A stretch of 64,000 bases of DNA from Macrostomum lignano (Eukaryota). Under the pieces are notes generated by a model, which saw only the letters and a program-made list of their open reading frames with translations, was not told where the DNA came from and searched no databases. The stretch lies in NCBI GenBank assembly GCA_002269645.1, contig NIVC01000573.1:310001-374000 (forward strand), in the 5' to 3' direction. Positions within the stretch are counted from its first letter, which is position 1. Each line of letters opens with the position of its first letter. Both the position numbers and the translations under genes were made by a program. Below, in pieces: positions 59,991-64,000 of the stretch.

Positions 59991-61019
59991 GACAATTTTC
60001 AAGTTCAAAACTTCAAGGAAGAGTTGCACTAAATGTTAAACCAATCAAATTAGAGCCTAGTCTAGCTATAAAAACTAACTGAATTGAAACGGAAGCACAA
60101 TTTTTAAATTAAGCTTAATCAATTATGATGTAGTCTTAATTTAAAGAAAGTCACCTGACAAGTGACACCTATTAATTTTTTAGGAAATTTTTAAGACTTT
60201 TAGCAATTTAATTAAATTAAGCTAATTATATTAATTGGAAATAGTTCACATTAGGTACAAAATCGTTTTAATAACTAAAGTAGGCCCTAAGAATATAACT
60301 TCTATTCGAGCAGCGCGCTTGCAAGCGTGGAGAAAAAATCGCTGTTTGAAATAGTCAGGCATTTCTATGAATTTTTTTTTCATTTTAACAATCAGGAAAG
60401 GTGAAATGAGTTTATCAGTCTCAGAGGAATCCAGTCATCTCAGCGAAAAGTTATTTTGGCGACAGAAGTTTCGGCGTAAGGCTTGTCATGACGCAGTATA
60501 AGTATTTTGTTTTCAAGCAGTGAAAATCAAAAGCAACAAAAGTGGTGGTGGTATATGGGGTGGTACCAAGGACCACTGTATATAGAATTATATAGAGCTA
60601 TATAGTGGTCCTTGGGTGGTACATAGTAAAGTAAAAACAAGTAAGGTGTGTAGAGATTTCAACAGAACAATTATTATGCAATTGTATCAGGGCGGAGGAG
60701 GGGTGGGTAGTAGAAAAGGTGACAGTGATCAAGTTAGCAAGAAAGTTGGACTGCCACTTAATTGAAAAAATTAAATTGCGGTGCATGAATATATATTTTT
60801 AGTACATAAACATGTACGTGTATTATTATATGTACTAGAATTTACATGTACGATATTACCGATAAACAATTTACAATGTACGACAAGTGAATTGTACTGG
60901 GTAGCAGTCACAGCCAACAAATGGCTGTTTACTACTGTTTACTAACGAAAAATAACAAATTGCTGTTCTTCTATGCGGCGTCTTATTGTATAAATAATAG
61001 TAAGACAAAACTCAATATT

Positions 61020-61062
61020 ATTTGCGACGCGTTTCGGCTAAAACTAGCCATCTTCAGGCACT
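61020..61062 (-). ncRNA. Minimal type I hammerhead ribozyme motif (minus-strand copy)
   Basis: Exact reverse complement of the plus-strand motif (gacgcgtttcggctaaaactagccatcttcagg on plus). Confidence 0.78.
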
Positions 61063-61297
61063 ATCGAACAGAATTTATTTCAACCTATTAAATACTGTGT
61101 AGACGACAAAATCAGGTATTGAAAAAGATATAAAAGGACTAAAGGATCTCTCTTTTTTCTCTGTCCTGTCTTACCACAAAAAATATTATGAACATTGCTA
61201 TACTGTACATTGATCCTTTAGTCCTTTTATATCTTTTTCAATACCTGATTTTGTCGTCTACACAGTATTTAATAGGTTGAAATAAATTCTGTTCGAT

Positions 61298-61340
61298 AGT
61301 GCCTGAAGATGGCTAGTTTTAGCCGAAACGCGTCGCAAAT
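61298..61340 (+). ncRNA. Minimal type I hammerhead ribozyme motif (plus-strand copy)
   Basis: CTGAAGA (61303-61309) - T - stem II GGCTA/gttt/TAGCC - GAAAC - GCGTC (palindromic ACGCGT stem III; predicted cleavage after GUC at 61334) - short stem I TGC/GCA. Confidence 0.78.
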
Positions 61341-62837
61341 AATATTGAGTTTTGTCTTACTATTATCTGTTAAGAGTGCTTCTCTACCGCAATTATTGTA
61401 TAGAGTTATATTTTCTTTTTGACCTGAATACATGTTACACCGCGGAATATTAAAGTAGAAAATTAGGAACTCAAGGTTCATAAGAACATCGATATTTCGC
61501 GGAGTTGTGGGGCTAACGAAGCTAATTGTGCTTACGCAAATTCATCAAGTGAAATTCAGTAAGAAAACGTTTCGGAAATCAGCTAGAATCGGCCATTCCG
61601 TGAAGATTGAAAAAACCTGGCAGTTAGGATGTACATAACTTTTAAATTACATGTACTGACTTTAAAGGGAAATTACACTGGGACTGCATAAGTTCAAGAT
61701 TAGTTTACTAAGTCCAGTGATTTCTATTCCTGCATACAGATCGATATTTATAGATACTGTTTACTGCTAAACTCTTAATTGAAAGTTAAAAAAATATTCA
61801 TCAAACAAAGTTTAGTTTTTCGTAGTGGCCAAACAGGAGCTGTCTAAGTCATGCTTGAGCCTCCTATTACTACAAAAATGGTAGGCTTGATATTTACCTA
61901 TATTTGCATTCACATGTAAAAGTTGATGGATAGAATATGGTTCGCATGGCTTCATGTTCATGGCGACACGAAGCGGAGCTCTGTATAACACATTCTTCAT
62001 CTCACACTACAAGTACTGTATATGTACTTTTAATCAAAATACTGTGCACTTGACGCAATAGAATCAGCGCGGATCCAGAAATTTGAGTTAAGCAGCTCCT
62101 GCTCTGAAGCAGTTGCTTTAATCTCTGAATTTCTGGATCTGCGTTTGCACTTAAAAGTGCACTAAAATTACTAATATGCTATTTCTTACAGCAATAGATG
62201 TGTGTTGCTTGAAATAGCAAATCAAAATATTGTAAATTCGTTCTAAAGCATGGAAAAATAAAACTAAAATACAGAAAAAATAAATCTGAAGAATAAAAAA
62301 TAAAGGGACGCCGAGAGCAAAACAAGTGGACTTTAAAATTGGACTCTAGGGAGGTTGAATTCGGTTTGATCAGTTTGGCAGGTCTGTGCAAAATTAGAAG
62401 CCAGGAAAGCCACCAAAGGAATGAGAAAGCAGAGTTATATAAATTTCTGAAATGGCTTCAAAAACATTTGTACATCTGGACAGTTAAAACTGCATCTGTG
62501 GAGAATACCAGTAATTTGATAAATTGAAGTTTTTTTAATAGTTTAAGATTTAAATTTGACAGCCATACTACTTGAGTTCGAAGTAGCGAGATTAAAGTTT
62601 GCACGATTAAAAATAACGCAGTCGATCGATCATTGAATCATTTTAGAAGGTCACAATTCTGATAAATCTTCCCAAAGCTTACTAGACAAATGTGAGCACT
62701 GAGCTCAAAGAAAGCGAAGTGACGTCGCAGGAATGTCAGCGCGCCTGCCACAGCTGTCACTCCTGCGACACGGCAGCAGCACCTGTAAAGTTGAAGAAAG
62801 TGAGCAATAAAAACTGAAGCGCCAAGCAACAGGCCGG

Positions 62838-64000
62838 CTAGACTGCCCCGTCAGTCGGGATCGTGTCCAGGTACATCGGCGACTGCAGCGGCGGGTTCAC
62901 CGGCAGAGACGCGGCGGAGCTCGGGCAGCAGGCCGTCAAGAGCCTCTTCGTCAGGCTGCGGCTGTCAGCGGAATCCGTGCGGCTGCGACTGCGGCTTCGG
63001 AATATCTGCGGAGAATCGTGGGTTCGGGTGCGGGGTTGCCAAGGACAGCTTTAAGAGGCTGGATTTCGCCGAAATATCTAGTCCATATACTAAAAATGGT
63101 CTGTCGGTATCTATCTATCTATCTAGGTATGCGATCGATTTTAGCAAAAATACTACATGTATTTTAAATACCTACGGAGATAAAAAGTTTTCATTCTTTC
63201 AGCAAAAAATGGTTACTGCTTTAGATAAGAGGCAGACCCAATGTTCACCTTTTGATATGTTGTGCCTTTCTCATAGCTCTATTCACATTCAAAGCCTTCG
63301 TTTAGAAAATTAGAATTCTATGTCGATTTTTTTATTCTACGTACATTTCCTGTACCTGAAAATCAGAAAAATTATGAATCTTTTTTATCATCTCTGCTAC
63401 ACAATATTGTTACACAGCCAGCTAAGATTGATAAAATAGATTCATAAAACCAATGAGTCGAGCCGTGCCATTTCAATGCTTTTTAGGCTGTGTTTGCTCA
63501 TGATGTACACGGGGTGTGTAGCGGCCCTGAATTCTAAGCTTCAGGCATGTACAGTAGACTCTGTGCCTTGGGGACAACCCACGACCAGTTTTCTTGTACA
63601 CAAGCCCGGCCCTGGAAGGGAGCCATTGCAGAACCCCTGCAATGTGACCTTAATGATCTGAGATGAGGTTGGCAGCAGTGGTGACGGCAGCAAGGCTCAC
63701 CTGCAGCAGGTGAAGACAGCCGCCGCAGCAGATGGCCGCATAGGAGAGGCAAACCAGCAGGCCGAACTGGGTGACCAGCGGCAGGGCGGCCACCAGGCCG
63801 AACTTGGCCAGGTCCAGCAGCTGGTTGAGGCTCTCCTGAACTCCGTACACCCGGCCACGCTCCCGCTCCGGCACGGTCTCCAGGAACAGCTGGGTGATGC
63901 TGAGGTCGGCCAGCCACAGCCCCGTGCGCGACACCACGATGCCCGCCAGCAGCAGCGCCACCGACGCGTAGGAAGACGGTCGATCGCCACCGCTGCCGTC
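62838..64000 (-). CDS. SLC40A1: Ferroportin (SLC40A1/FPN) 3' exons; gene continues beyond the window
   Basis: Exon >=64000-63701 encodes SVALLLAGIVVSRTGLWLADLSITQLFLETVPERERGRVYGVQESLNQLLDL...FGLLVCLS (ferroportin C-terminal signature); donor CAG|GTGAGC. Terminal exon 63005-62838 follows a ttctccgcag acceptor in phase 0 and ends with TAG. Confidence 0.92.

Larger units (their letters stand above)
60994..61366. repeat. Perfect 155-bp inverted repeat with 63-bp spacer (Penelope-like pseudo-LTR palindrome)
   Basis: Arms 60994-61148 and 61212-61366 are exact reverse complements, compared base by base. Confidence 0.95.

Noticed and set aside
60566-60615. Small hairpin CCAAGGACCACT...AGTGGTCCTTGG
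   Set aside because: A real 12-bp stem but too short to classify; probably a collapsed MITE.
1-64000. Bona fide tRNA or rRNA genes
   Set aside because: No cloverleaf or rRNA-conserved blocks seen; the only tRNA-like sequence is the SINE head and the PBS.

Overview
Intron-containing, repeat-rich animal genomic DNA. GC-rich exons, AT-rich introns and abundant minisatellites suggest an invertebrate such as a Macrostomum-like flatworm, but that is inference only. Host genes reconstructed by hand: a 5-exon ammonium transporter (970-4479,+), a 6-exon LIM-nebulin-SH3 protein (LASP, 7132-16011,+), an AADAC/NCEH1-like esterase plus an intronless POT/SLC15-like transporter present twice as a tandem segmental duplication about 24 kb apart (both -), a centrin-like EF-hand gene (50042-52023,+), GPATCH4 (52497-59990,-) and the 3' end of ferroportin (62838->64000,-). 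Between and inside the genes lie two decayed Ty3/gypsy elements, a mariner relic, a tRNA-derived SINE with a target-site duplication (TSD), a MULE/foldback element with 9-bp TSD, three hAT-type MITEs with 8-bp TSDs and four minisatellites. A 6-kb patchwork (36.9-42.8 kb) holds Harbinger, LINE RNase H, hAT, Ginger/GIN integrase and Polinton-type PolB fragments, all on the minus strand. The most striking structure is a perfect 155-bp inverted repeat (60994-61366) whose arms each carry a Penelope-type minimal hammerhead ribozyme, one per strand. All coordinates were counted by eye and may be off by a few bases.
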